DNA of 63,856 nt, filler included, from Platydemus manokwari (lineage: Eukaryota): the NCBI GenBank assembly GCA_037951405.1. It is 6 parts of 6 records of this genome, joined end to end, with 100 filler letters (N's around TTAATTAATTAA, not from the genome) between each part and the next. Parts side by side here need not be neighbours in the genome. Positions count along the whole stretch, not along the records: positions 1 to 12,184 come from JBBMOY010265559.1; positions 12,285 to 21,896 come from JBBMOY011225321.1; 4 more parts are not named here. One strand, written 5' to 3'. The position numbers and the translations under genes were made by a program. Shown here piece after piece: positions 1 to 13,687 of this stretch (position 1 is its first letter; each line of letters opens with the position of its first letter). The notes beneath the pieces are model-generated. The model was not told the origin of the DNA. It did not search any database and worked only from the letters and a program-made list of their open reading frames with translations.

Positions 1-256
1 ATTATAAATTCTAAATATTTTTAAAGAATATAATTAAATAGAATATATATATTTGCAATACACTCAACAAATTAATAATTTTAACTTAACCACGCATTTA
101 TTTAAACAAATTAATATTTTATAAAAATCTGATTTTAAAATGTTCAATACAAATATTGCTTAAGATCATAATGTTGATTAACTTAAAAATAAAAATATCA
201 TTTTCTTAAATTCATCAAACTTTATCAATAATTAAGTTTTTTGTTCGCTATTTTAG

Positions 257-3200
257 TATGGCTGTTCAAATAAGAACGTTGGAAAGTGAACTTGCTAAAG
301 AAAGATTAGATAAGGAACATATCATGGAAATGTTAAATAATCCGAAAGATCGTTTGTATGATGATAGAGAGACTTTGAAAAAGGCTGCTAGAGCACAGAA
401 ACAAAGAGCTTTAAAAGCAGAAGAAACACTGCAGGAATTGACGGCTCTTCTCGCAGATAAAGACAGACAAATTGAACAATTGATGGTAAAAATTAATATA
501 TATTGCACCTTCTATTTTTTAATGACAATAGTAATGCAATGATAATTATATGCAGCCATCGATGCGTACTAGCAACCATACGTCCTCTCCACCTGATCAT
601 TGTCAGCATTGTCCAGAAAATAAACGCTGTCATTCTTTCGATGATTTGCCCCGCAAAAATACTTGGCGTTCGGTAAATTATGTTGTTCTTTGTCTCATGC
701 CAAAAAGATATTGTTACGATCGTCTTTGACGTGTGCTTGATTCTTATGCTTAGAGTGATATTTTATTTCAATACTATATATTATTTATAACTTCAATCTT
801 ATATAAATTAGTTCTTCGTAGTTCGTGAAATAGTTTGATTCCAAGAAATATAAGGACATCACGAAAATCGCATTTTACTTTTTTTGAATTACTAACTTAA
901 ATTTTTTTATTATAGCTTGGCATACAAATATGATTTAAATATCCATGATATTTTGATAACTTCTCAACATTGAGTGAATTATTGGTTTGTGAATTCGCTA
1001 ATACTTCATAATAAAAGCTTCTATTGTGAGTAGGGAATTAGCACAACAGTTTTTTAATTAAATAAAACTTTAATTTGTGATTAATTGTTATATTTCTTTC
1101 TCTATTATATTAAGTGACCTATATTAAGTGAAATTGTATATTCCATGTCCTAACTGATACTGATGAGTAGAAAGGACAATTTATCAAGCCTTATTATAAT
1201 CAATAATTTAATAACAAAACCTTTTTCTGTTTACTTTTTCTATTCTTTCACATTTCCATATCTCGAATAAGAACATGAAAACCAAAGTTACAATCCCCCA
1301 TTTTGGAATGATATTTTTGAAAATAATTTATTAAAACTGCTATTTTATAAATTTATAATTGATTTTATTGAAAGCAAATGTATTGGATACCAGATATTCA
1401 TTCGGTTATCTACACAAATACACTTCTATGTTTACTATATTCAAGTGATAAAGTCTTTTGTATTGCTAACCAGGTACATTTTGGAAATACGAAACCCACC
1501 AAACATCATTATCAGTCATACACTTATAATTCCGAGGACGAATTGTCTGAAAGTGATTCTTCTATGGTAAATGAATGCTGACATCATTTATGCATTGCCA
1601 TTTGCTGTTTTTGTTTGTTTGATTACAGAGCTATTTATAAAAAGAAAATTGATCTTATACTATTATGCATTGTGTATCATGCATTTGAACGTTTTTCGTC
1701 TCTTTTGTAGATCATTCTTCGATTTTGTACTTTCTCCTTGGAATCATTGTTATCATTGATAATTAATGTGTTTTTAATTTTTTCTTCTGATAAAATCATT
1801 TTAAACAAACAAAAATGAGAATTGTAACTGCTGAAGTTTGTTGATTAGTTCATTAAAGTTAATTCTCTTGCAGATATTCCCGATATGCTTCAGCTTAAAT
1901 TCCTAATAAATTATTATTCTTATCTTATCTCTCATTTCTATAATTATTATGCAAATCTAAACATTGATGTTATTCAATAATCAAACGGTTTTGTTTTAAT
2001 ATATCATTTATTGATTTTAACTTATCTTTGTACATGGTTTGACATTGTAAAACTTATCTTATTTGCTTTCCTTATTTGAATAATGCGTACTTTGAAGTAT
2101 TTTTCATTTATACGACGGACTTTATCAAACGATCGCTCATTTGTACAATGAATAATTTCCGAAATTGTACTTCAATTTGATTCGAATAAAAGTTGGATTT
2201 ATTTATTTGTCATATTTTGCATGAAAAATCATACCGTGATTAATTAAGAGATTTATTAAGTTATATTATGAATATAATAAGTAGTGCATTCTATAGATAG
2301 TGCATCATTTATAATGCTGTTATCCACTGTTAATGCTACTGAATGATAATTGATAAAATTCCGTTATTAGTTATATTATATGTATCGATTTGTTAATGAT
2401 TGCTGAATGATCTATTTTTGATCTCAGTCTAGTCCAAAAGACAATTCATTAGACGATTCTTCAAAATCCGAACATAAATATTTTACTAATCAACATACAC
2501 AGTGTCAGGTTAGTTTGTCAAAACTTACGACGTCCATCGTTATTAAAGGCTGAAATAAATTAAACCGTTATTTTAATCCAACTATCGATCATATTTTAAC
2601 TTCTATTTTAAATTGAAGTAACAAATTCGTGCATTATTTTGAAATTTTTTTCAGTGTAAAATATAGATTTCTTAATAACAAGTAAGCAACTACAGCAGAA
2701 TGATCACTAGCAATACATCCATTTAATTAGATTCTACATTACATTCCCGCATAATTAAGTCTTATTTCGCTTATAGTCGTTTGGATAGTTTTTAAGTACA
2801 TTGAGAAGTAGTATATACTTATCTTAAAGAGAAATTCTGGTACCATCAAATCACATGATCACAAAAAATCTCGGCAAATTGATGTCAGTAAAACACGAAT
2901 TAAGACGGTTAGATGATTTTCTGATGTGATAACTCAATCATTTTCATAATTGATGGTACTTAGTTCATCTACTTCATAATGTCCATAATTCAAATTGTGA
3001 GTACTAACCTAAGAAAATAATCGGCCAATATTGATTGATAGTACATCTAGAGTTACAGAAACATCATATTTATTTCAAATATATTGGTTTAATGAACAGT
3101 TTTTAGTTAGCTGATTTTAACTATAATATCAAAAATAATTTAAAAATAATGGTTTAATTTGTATTATCCTTTGCATTGCACGGGTTTTCGTTAGTAATTA

Positions 3201-6200
3201 TTTTTATTTTATTTACATAAAATGTTGTGGTTTGTTTTGTGAAAGAATAAGACTTTAATTCCATATTGAATTTGTTGCTCTTGCTTCTTCAGATGGACAA
3301 CCACGAAGACAAGGAAAATTTGAGACACATGGAAGCATTGGTTGATGAAAATGACCACTTGCAAAATCAGCGAATAATCAATGACAACCAAGAAGGAATC
3401 ATTATGACGCTAAAAAGGGTAAACCAGAATTTAAATAGAAATATTTTGTGTATTATCTAAAAATTATTAATATTAATTTTCGAAATTTCTTTTTCTTCTT
3501 CGATCTTTTAAAAATATCCAACTTTCATTTATTAATTTTTACTTATTTGTTATATCTATTTCTTTGTTTAGGTTTTTGATGAAATATTAGTAAATATTTA
3601 AACTTGAGACAAAGAGAGTGAAGACCTTCATTAGTATCTGGAGTCTTTTGTCTCCAAATGATCCAATAATCACAGGTTTTAGCACCGATAGTTTTACAAT
3701 TTATAGAATTCTCTACTATTTTATTGTTACAAAACTTTAGTATAGTAAAATTATTTTGAAATCTCCATGATTATCAAGAAAATACAGTATTTAACCCTTT
3801 CAATACGACTTTTGGCCAGTGACAATATTTTTGTATAACTGAACTATATGTGCTGCAAATAAATAAAGGAACATATTTACATAATTTCAGATTTTTAGAA
3901 AATATGGTTTCTCTGGGACTTATATATTCCCGTAGTATTGAAAGGGTTAACCAGAACATGGTTGCCGAAAATGAAGCCATTACTGATGGATCTATGAAAT
4001 AAGAAGAAAGTATTTACATAAATTTGGTTAAAAGTATTACAGCGCCCAATAGAATTTCACGCAGTAGAAGTATTTTTCAACAATTTGTCCAAGACATCAT
4101 GTCGAACAAATCAATCGAATTATGAATTGACAGAATTTCTCTAGTTCATTGTTCGGAATATACAAAATTAAATAAATTATTTGAAATTATGTTTCGGTCT
4201 TTCAAATGGAATTTTCTTGAAATCAAATTTTTATTTATTAAATTTGGCTTATTTGTTTTATGTTTTACAATGTTTTAATCTTGATAAATAATTAATTATT
4301 ATTTTTGCTTTTTATAAATAATTTTTTAATATTATGATTTTAAATTCCTAAAGTATATTAATAAATATTAAAAATGTAATTAATTGTTAAATTCTTTCAG
4401 TTAAATATAATAATGAATTTGATATTTCTTATAAAACAGTTCTAAAATTTTGAATTAGGTTGTAACAAAAGTTACCAACAAAATTGAGGAACACTGTTTA
4501 CAAATTTAAGTTGAAAAGATATTAATCTGAAATATGTAATTGTATTATTTCTTTGCATCCAATCCGGTACCAACGAAAGGCAGGAATTTACATTCACTAT
4601 TATACAAAACAAATTGTAATGGCCGACAATCAAATTGAAATTTTTTAAAATCCTTTTACGAACTTTACAGATCTGATATTTGTCTACTTGTATTTCTTTA
4701 GATAAACGCAGTACTTTAAGTTAATAAATCGAATACCGTGTCATTTCTTTAAAGTTTTACGGTGACCGTATAAAATAATATTTGAGTATTATTGTTATTT
4801 TTACTGTGTAAATTATTTTTAAAAGAAAATCAAACCTACCATGGCCAACGAATTAAAAATTGAATTCGGTTGATGTGATTTTTCATTGATGTCAATCGAG
4901 TCGGAAAACAATTAAAATTTACAATAAATTGAATTCTAACCATCAATTTACTGGATGATCAAATAACAATTAAATACGTTATTCATCAACAATTCGATTT
5001 TGGATTTCATAATAATAAATCAATTTTCCAATCAGGTCAGCTAGCATATAAAATTGATGATATGATGTACTGCAGTTTCATATTAATAATTTAATAAACA
5101 TTCGAAAATCATAAAATAGCCACCCTGAACTCCCTGTGTATATCTTCTTAAATTATTTTTAATTATTTGTTCTGCATATTTATCGCTTTTAGAAAATTTT
5201 TAAAACTTTGAATGTGATTTCCTACCTTAATGATAAAGGATATTTATTCTATCAGTAAACTATCAGCAAATATTAAAATTTAGTACCATTATATTCCATA
5301 TAGGAAAATGACAATCTTCGTTCAATAGCTGATCAATGTGAATCTCGACTTCGAGATGTGGAGAGAGAAATGAAATCACTTCGAAAAACGTTATCCGAAG
5401 AAAACGACGATACAAATGAAGACCAGATTGGCCGATTATCAAAACTGTTGGAAAAACTTGAGGTTAGAGTCGATTGTAAATTTGTTCGTTTATAAATAAT
5501 TTATTTATTTGTTAGACATCAGAGAAATGCAATCAAATTAGTCAAATGCGAATAGAAGAACTCGAAAAGAAAATCAAAAATCTGGAAAATCAAAACTTTG
5601 AAATGAAAAATGCGGTTCAACAAAAAGAAAGTAATGCACTGGATTCCCGATGCAAGGCAGAAGATTTGGTGCGAGAGAATGCTTCTTTGATGAGACAATT
5701 GGAAGCAGCTCTAACAGATTCTCGACGTAATGCAGATGTAAGATTAGATTTTCTTTAAGACAACCGTTTTGAAAAAAATTAGAATCCAAATGCTATTTGT
5801 ATGTTTGTTTTATTTCGGGATCATTGAAATTAGTGGTGACTGAATTTAGAGTATATTCCTTCTCGAGACTATATAATCATTTAATAATTCAATTAAAATG
5901 AATTTTATTCCAAAAGAAAATGATAATTTATTATAAATATTTATAAGCAACATCAAGTCTTAGAGGAATATTGGTTTTTTGTTGAGTTTTTTTATCCAGC
6001 AATCTTAGGTTTAACATTAACAAATTTATTAATTTTTCTGCTACCAGAATATATCGTTATTATTTATCCACTCATTAAGTTTATTCGTTCTTTCGATGTT
6101 CAGTTTTTATTGTTTCTACAATTCTTAATTTCATTTCTCCGGTTGTTATTTCTACATCTGCTTCAGTTGTAAGTCCGTGTTCATATACCACTTATATTCT

Positions 6201-7457
6201 TATTCGCATTCATTCTTGTCATTTGAACATAGGAAGGCTCTATTCTAAACAGAAAGGAAGATCTTCATTGATATCAAATGTCCATTTGATACTCTGAAGA
6301 GCATGTGATTTCGTAACACAAGGAGTATTCACTATTTTAGCTTCAGGAAAGAAATTGCGCTCAAAATTCCTCAATGGTAAATATTCCTTGAAACTATGGC
6401 CATTATAAGTCTCAGAACCTGGATGTAGAAAAATAATACCGTCTTGCAGGAAATCCAACTGAAGTACAATCAAATCAGAAAAATTGTAGTGAATTGCGTA
6501 GCTTCAAACATCAAATTGATTACGATCAATGGCAGTTCCGTGAAGATGCAAATAACACCAAAAACAATGCCTGAAGAATTTCAGGACAAAATTAAATAAC
6601 GATTACTGCATTATTAAGACTCAAATAACTTGGAAGAAATCAATGATTAATTTTAAACAGCTCTAGCGTTAATAGACGACGAATATCCAAAAAAGACTAC
6701 TGAAAGAAAAGATGGTGAGGCAAACTGCTATTGCAATGAAGAGCTCTTATGGGGAAAAAATGTATTTTAAAATAAATATTTAGTAAATGGATTAAAAAAT
6801 AATGCATTATTAAACGTTAGGTTTCTTATATAATATTTTGGTCATAATTTTATCCAAGGTGATTAGTTTTCTTAATATCTGCTATCAAGGTTAAAAACCA
6901 CTGCTATAAATGTTTAAATTTTTAAACAAATCTCTAGCTTACAATTCAAATTACACTCACTTATTAATGTGAATAGTTATTTGATATTGTTATTTATTAT
7001 GCACTTCAATTAAACAAAAATTATTTAGCATATTTATTTATTTTATTGAATTGAAGATATTATTTTCTAATTTTACATAATTCAGTATTTTAAGAGATGC
7101 TTTATTGATTTATTATGTTATTTCAATATTTAGAATGCTCGAGAAAAAAGTATCGGTAAAGATCGGCAGATTCAATCACGAGTTCATGAAATAGAGTCTC
7201 AATTAGCTCAACAACGAGCTGAAGTAACGAAGTGGCGTCGAAACTGCGACGAAATCGAGCGTAAATGCAATAGTAAAATGCAGGATTTGAAGACTCAATT
7301 GGAACAATCGGAAATAACAAATCGAAGCATGCAAACTTATGTTCAGTTTTTGAAAAAATCTTATGCCAATGTCTTTGGGGATATGCCTTTATCGAATGGA
7401 TTAAGCGGTCCTAATACAACTTATATGGGACAACCTTTGAATTTCGGAGGTTTTTAA
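257..7457 (+). CDS. ODF2: ODF2/cenexin-like coiled-coil centriolar protein, 3' portion; exons 257-485, 3293-3418, 5304-5462, 5516-5737, 7134-7457 (5' end outside window)
   Basis: All exons have AG/GT boundaries and join in frame (phase 0). The last exon reads ...MQDLKTQLEQSEITNRSMQTYVQFLKKSYANVFGD...GGF*, matching the cenexin C-terminal signature LEQSESTNRSMQNYVQFLKSSYANVFGD. Heptad coiled-coil composition throughout. Confidence 0.9.
3167..3194 (+). mobile_element. Helitron-like 3' terminus in an ODF2 intron
   Basis: Imperfect GC hairpin CCTTTGCATTGCACGGG followed 6 nt later by TTAG|T, resembling the hairpin + CTRR|T Helitron end. 5' end not located. Confidence 0.4.
3795..3946. mobile_element. 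piggyBac-type MITE (152 bp)
   Basis: TTAA on both sides (3791-3794, 3947-3950). Terminal inverted repeats CCCTTTCAATAC...GTATTGAAAGGG (14/15 match when extended). Confidence 0.9.
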
Positions 7458-9571
7458 TAGTGTCGACTTATTATACTTACTTTTTTTATAATATTTTATT
7501 TGTATTTATGAATAATATATTGAAGTTATGCCTCATGTCTCATATTCATATTTACAAGTTTTTTTTAATAATTTTTATTAATAGATTTTTGTAAACTATT
7601 TTTTATTTATAAAAGTATTTTTGTGAAATATCAATTTATTTTTTCTCAAGAACCTTCTCTTGACATTAAATGATTGTTTCCACTTCTTGTGAATTGCTTT
7701 GCTTGAAAAACGATATTAATTAAAGCTAAGAGAAGGAAATTCAATTAATAGAATTTAGACGTTTCATGAAAATATTCATAAACAATGCATAGTATAGAAT
7801 TCTGTCATCACACAATATCAATTAATAAAAATCTTTACAGATTCGGTGTTATTGTATTCTCACCGACATGAAACACAAAATTTTTTGAAACGTACATTAT
7901 ATATCGTAGTGCTTTTAAAAATTATTAGCTTAGCTTTCTATGAGTTAAATATTAAATAGAACTGAAAGAAAATTTTATAATGTATCATAAAGAATGAAAT
8001 AATAAATTAATGATAAATATGAAAGAAATTTATAACTTAATTTAGTAGTAAGAAAATAATTACATTAATTTAATTTTAGATTCAATACAAGATATTGTTA
8101 TTTGAAATAAAGCATTTTTCAAATGCCATATTATTAACATACTTTAAATATCTTTCGTAAATACTTTAACATGTGGTAGATTTTGCAATCTAATCAAATG
8201 TTTTTACTTAAAATTGCCGGAAATTAATCAGGTGATATACTTTTATTTAAATCAACAAGCTATTCTCGATTATTTAAACCTGTAATTAATGAATGTTAGT
8301 TAAAAGCTGATAATTTATGTTTCCAGTAGGTATCCGACTCTTAACAGAAAATTAGGTGCATGTTACTGTAGATAATAATCTGAAATAAATAAGAAAATAT
8401 GAACAATCTAATACTTATATTTAATAGATTAAAATATGCAATAATTTAAATGAGTAAGCGTTATGTTTTAAGCGAAAGAGGTTTTAAACAGTCGACGGAG
8501 GGTCTATGTGGCTCTTTTCTAAGAATATAAACTAAGAAAGATGAGTATTTTTTTTAATCATCTACAAACACTTAACGACTTCGTACGAATATAAATTAGA
8601 GGTTTCTAACTAATCTTCTATCAGGAATTGATGAAAATTTATTGATGACATGAATAAGTAAAATAATTACCATTTTTGCAATACAAAATCCTGAATAAAG
8701 TAATATCTAACGAATATGAACGAGTGAAATTCTAATTGACGAGAGTGAATTGACTGTATAAATCCTGACTAAAACTAGTATGTGAATATACGTTCACTGA
8801 AGACAAATTTTTTGTGTCCTTATTTTGTTAATTATGATGATTTATATAGTAACAAAACATTTTCTTGAGAGTGAATAAATTAATCAGCCGTTTCTCCTTG
8901 GAGATTTTCAGCGTTACCATAGTACCTCTGGTTTTTATTCTAATCGCGATACGTTTCTGTCAAAATAGAAATTTATCCTACCCATTTTGTGATATCTAAT
9001 TTATTTTCATTATGAATGTCATTAATCATTAGTTAATCTTGTGTCATGAAGCTTTGAAACTTGTTAAATAATAATATATTATGACTTAAATTTGTAACGT
9101 TAAAAGTGCTTGGTGAAACTTGACTTAATACCGATAAGCATTACTAGTTAACTGATTAATAATTTATTATTATCTTTATAAATCTCAAATCGGAGAATGA
9201 TTCGATAAAAATGCGACGATAAGTTAAATTTATAACATTATTCAAAAATAAAATATAATGTGTAATAAATCTAAATGCTATGACATTTAATAAATAAATA
9301 AATAAAATAACAAAAATAAATAATAGTCAAACAAATTATTAATAAATAAAGAAAATAAAAAAGATTAATAATTATTATAAAAGATCGAAATATTTCTATT
9401 CCTAGCTATTTCTTCAAAGGCATGGAATCTACAACTTTTGTTACTTAATAAATAATTTTGAATTCTTAGATTTATTTTAATAAAAATTACAAATATTTGC
9501 TAATTGTTGGTTTGCTTATGGGGTCATTTTGCTAATATACGTTTTGTGTGAGCCCTGTGCACTACAGATAC

Positions 9572-11137
9572 CTCATTTAGAATGTCAAAAAGAGACAAGA
9601 TCGAATGATTGATCCAATATCTTATTCCAATTCCGAAACTTCTTATTTATTTGTGGGATCTCCAACTGTATCAATTATTTGATTTGGATAAAAAATTTTT
9701 TCATTACACCATAACAGTATCCATACTTATTTTGAGATAAAACACAAGTACCTAGTTCCTGGCACTCCTCAATAATTGTCAAGTCATTAATTTTTGTTGG
9801 TGATCGGGCCAAGCAAGCTGAAAATAACAAAAAACATTTTAACAATATTTTATGTTTGAATTAATAATACTTTTATCCGTAGTAATTTATAATGTTTTAT
9901 TTGTAGTAATTCATATGAATGTATAGCGTAAATTGTAAAAGTGGTAATCTATAGAGGTTTTATGAATGTAGTTTTAATGTTTATGAATGTATAGTGTAAT
10001 ATTGATAATAGTAGTCAAATAATGTAACCTATTTTTGGTACACAGTTGAGGGAAAAAGTTTGTTACATTAAAAAGTAACAATATATTTTTAGAAACTTCG
10101 ACTGAATTTCGAAGCGATGTGTTTTATATTTCGATATATTTTTGAAACATTTTTAAATGTACCAATTTCTATGTGGAAGTAGATAATTCATGAGATAGGC
10201 GGGGGATTAAAGTGGATATATTACTAATAATAATAATATAATATTAACAATTTATATTTAATTCAAATCACTTGGTATTGGCATTGAAGGGAAATAATAA
10301 TAAAATAGCTTTAAAAGAGAATAGGGAAAATATTGAGATATGCTTCATAACAAATTTCCGATATTTTTAATAATAAAATTCTATAGCTAAGAGAAAATCA
10401 TTAAAAATATTTGGGAAACCCGTGGGAAATAAAATATAATGTCACAAGATAAAGCACTTAAGCGTAGCGAATAAAAATCCATATAAATAGGAATTCGAAA
10501 CTCGCCCATTAATTTACGGAACCACTAGACTATAGTGCGTTAGCCCATTTAACTTTTGAAACCACTGGGAAGAGTGTGTGAAGCCACAATTTATTATTCG
10601 ATTTGCTCGTCAACAGTACATACCAATACCATTTGCGATTACCAGGTAGTAAGTCAGATCATTTGTAAAGAACTGATTTATATTGATCGTACGTATCGTT
10701 TATCATCCGATTTTAAAGCTATGCTAACAAAAATCTTTGGTGATTGGTTTTAATCCAAGAGAAGGAGGTATTAACCGCTATTATCTGGAATTGTAAGCTT
10801 AGCAGTTGAACCAACATTTTTATTTGGTGTATATTATATTGTAAACTGTATTTTGACGTTATGTATTTAATAAACTTTTAATGTAGAAGGAGTTACGTTT
10901 TTGATCGAAAATTTGAGGCATAAAATAATTATAAAATAATTGAGACTTATAGGATTAAATTACCCATTTTGGATTATTTTTGCCAATCAATTCTATCATC
11001 ATATAGTTTTGATTTCAAGGTGAATATAGTTATAGGAATAAGGTTTAGTAGAGTGTACCTTGGGCTTGATTAGGACTCATCTGAGACTGATCAAGACAAC
11101 AGTGATCCGTGAGCAAAATCATAATAATTTGTTGAGA
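9572..11137 (-). CDS. Unidentified spliced gene fragment convergent with ODF2; exons 11137-11059, 9817-9727, 9665-9572 (in-frame TAA at 9649-9647)
   Basis: AG/GT-bounded exons join in phase (1 then 2): SQQIIMILLTDHCCLDQSQMSPNQAQACLARSPTKINDLTIIEECQELGTCVLSQNNWRSHK*. Includes a 61-nt intron. No family recognised. Confidence 0.45.
10172..10897 (+). mobile_element. Possible solo LTR
   Basis: TG start, GGCGGGGG box (~10198), TATA-like ATATAAATAG (~10481), more balanced base composition, AATAAA (~10869). No TSD found and boundaries are uncertain. Confidence 0.3.
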
Positions 11138-12184
11138 CTGATTAAAACAAAAAATAATAACAAGCCCGAAACACATTATTTTTTTTAAAAAACTATAAAA
11201 CTTAGATATAGTTCCATTTGCTTCTAATGTTAAAAAAGAGCCCTCGGTAATTTTCAATTACTTGCATTTTGACCGACTTTGACCATTTTTTCGAATAATT
11301 AATTTTTAGTAAATTTTAAAAATCCTGTGTATAAAGTGTATAATTATGAACAACTAAATTTTTTCTCAAGTACTTAAATTAAAAATTAAAAATTTTTAAA
11401 ATAATTTAATTAAATAAACTATATAGATTTTTGCAATCCACTCCAAAAATTAAAAAAAAATTTTCGGACATTTTTATTTTTAGTCCTAAAAACTAAGAAT
11501 AACAAAAATTTGAAACCGATAGAATTTAGAAATTGAAATAATAAAAACTAAACTAGATCAAACAGACTCAAGAACAGATTAAAATAGTAGAAAAAACAAG
11601 TGTCGGTTAAATCAAAGAAAATCAACGTCAATCAAATAATTAAGGCGAAGATTACTTAAGAAATCCAATGAGAATTGAAACCATATACTACGAACTCAAA
11701 TATATAAGGTGAGTGCAAATTACCAGTTATGAATTACCAGGAATGAATTTTTTGGTAATAACATAATTTAAGCCATAAAGAAACAATAAAAAATATTAAC
11801 AGCCAAACAAAATATTCCCATAAAATTTCTAGGTTTTCAATGTTAAATGAGAATGGAATATAAGTTTACATTAAAAATTATTTCAAATGACTTTTAATTA
11901 CTTTTAAGAGTACGAATTGCAAATAAATAACAAAACGTTGACATTCCAATAAAAAACCTCACTTTGAGATAGGTGATTAATTAAAATAAAAAATAATAAT
12001 AAATTAACTTCAATCGTCGCTTATCTAAATTTTACACCTGTAAACGTTGAAATGCAGCTTTAAATTAATTAGAGTTTACCCATTGTATGCTAAAATTTTG
12101 ATTTAATTTTAATATTCTTTGCCATAACCATTCATTGAAGGACAGTAATGAATTTTTCATGAATTTTCAATGAAAAAATATATA

Positions 12185-12284
12185 NNNNNNNNNNNNNNNN
12201 NNNNNNNNNNNNNNNNNNNNNNNNNNNNTTAATTAATTAANNNNNNNNNNNNNNNNNNNNNNNNNNNNNNNNNNNNNNNNNNNN
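12185..12284. other. Artificial contig-joining spacer (44N-TTAATTAATTAA-44N)
   Basis: Exactly 100 bp, with a 12-mer that gives stops in all six frames. The identical construct occurs five times. Confidence 0.97.
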
Positions 12285-13092
12285 ATATTCAATATAATAT
12301 AAATTGCTCGATTATAGAGGTAAATGACATGACCTCAAGACAATAACAAGAAGGATCTAAGTGGCACCCTACTTCGATATAAAACTACAGAAGTGATTTT
12401 GCTTCGACAAATCCCTTTAAGCTTTGTAGAAACTTGGTTTACTGAATTTAAACTAATTTCCATTTTAAGGGTGATATAATCTATAAAAAAATGCAATGAA
12501 TAATTTTTATCATGATCTAATTATAAAATTGAATAAAATATGATTTAGAAACGAATACGATTAATGTTCTCAATCTGATTAATATTATTAATATTCACAA
12601 GAGAATTATTGTCATGAATATGATAAAATCCCTGTTTGAGTTATAAACACGATAGAATTGATATCTACGAGAATAACTAAGATTCACTAGATACTTCAGA
12701 CATGAATGTGAAATTATTGTGTAATGCTTGTTCATACAATGCTAGCCTATGAATTTAAAGACGCATTTCTGATTTGTGTTGTCACTGTAATTCATCACAT
12801 TGTCATTGTGATATATTGTAAGGAACCACTCGGGAACGATACAAGACTAATAAATGACTTGAAAATAATAATAAAGTACAATATTACAAATTTTACAAAA
12901 ATAACTATCAAAAATTTTCTCAAATAAAATAAGAATTTTTTTCCTAAAGATAAAAACACATCATGCGATAAAAGCATCTAAAAGGCTATCAAAAACTAAC
13001 ATTTGTTTTATCACTTAAAATTATGGTTATTTAATCGACCTAAAAATTATTAGGAAAAAACAATTAAAATATAAAAATAGAATAATCATAAA

Positions 13093-13687
13093 TGTTACTA
13101 TAATTAATCACATTAGCCTAAAATAGTAACACTAAAAATAGCTACTTTATTCAAAAAACATATTTGGCATAGATTAAAAACGTATATAAACAATTGACAA
13201 TGGTCACTCGACGCACAATTTTCTAAGCACATTTCTGATTTACAGAATTTTTTAGTTGCAAATTTTATTACGAATGTATTCAGCTGCTTACCAATTTTCT
13301 ATTTTTGCAAGAAGCTATTTAATTATTTTCAAATTAGTATTACGAGAAGTGTTCCAATTTATTGTTACAAGAATCCATTTGATTTCCAAACCATACGCCA
13401 ATCAGTAGATTTTTTAGTGTTAATTTAATTAATCACACATCCACGGTTATTTATATCCGTGTGGTCTTTTAAAATCACACATCCGTATCCATCTTTGGTT
13501 CCTCCTTTTATTTTTGGTAAGATGCTTGTCCGGCAACCTAAGTGGTAAGCCTTACAATTTGTCTCGACTATTCAGCACTTGTAAATTACAATAGAAAGAT
13601 ATATGTTATCTAGAGTGTGTTCAAATTATTTTAATTAATCAAATAAATGCATTTTATTGACTTGTCATTATTCTATTGATTATAACA
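13093..13687 (+). mobile_element. Solo LTR (595 bp), probably Gypsy-type
   Basis: Inverted termini TGTTA...TAACA with a 4-bp TSD TAAA on both sides. TATA (TATATAAA ~13183) and AATAAA (~13642). Internal homology to the LTR at ~49680-50356. Confidence 0.8.

Noticed and set aside
1145-1178. Hammerhead-like core TGTCC-TA...CTGATGA-GTA-GAAA-GGACA
   Set aside because: Stem III pairs, but stems I and II cannot form (no closing base pairs); most likely chance.
6270-6750. Possible pogo/Tigger transposase C-terminal remnant
   Set aside because: Too decayed to assign by eye; no TIRs found.
266-7320. - strand ORFs 266-508, 3209-3391, 5574-5789 and 7123-7320
   Set aside because: Antisense to ODF2 exons, with no independent support.
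12229-12240. TTAATTAATTAA as a biological repeated motif
   Set aside because: Always centred in exactly 44+44 N; an assembly linker.
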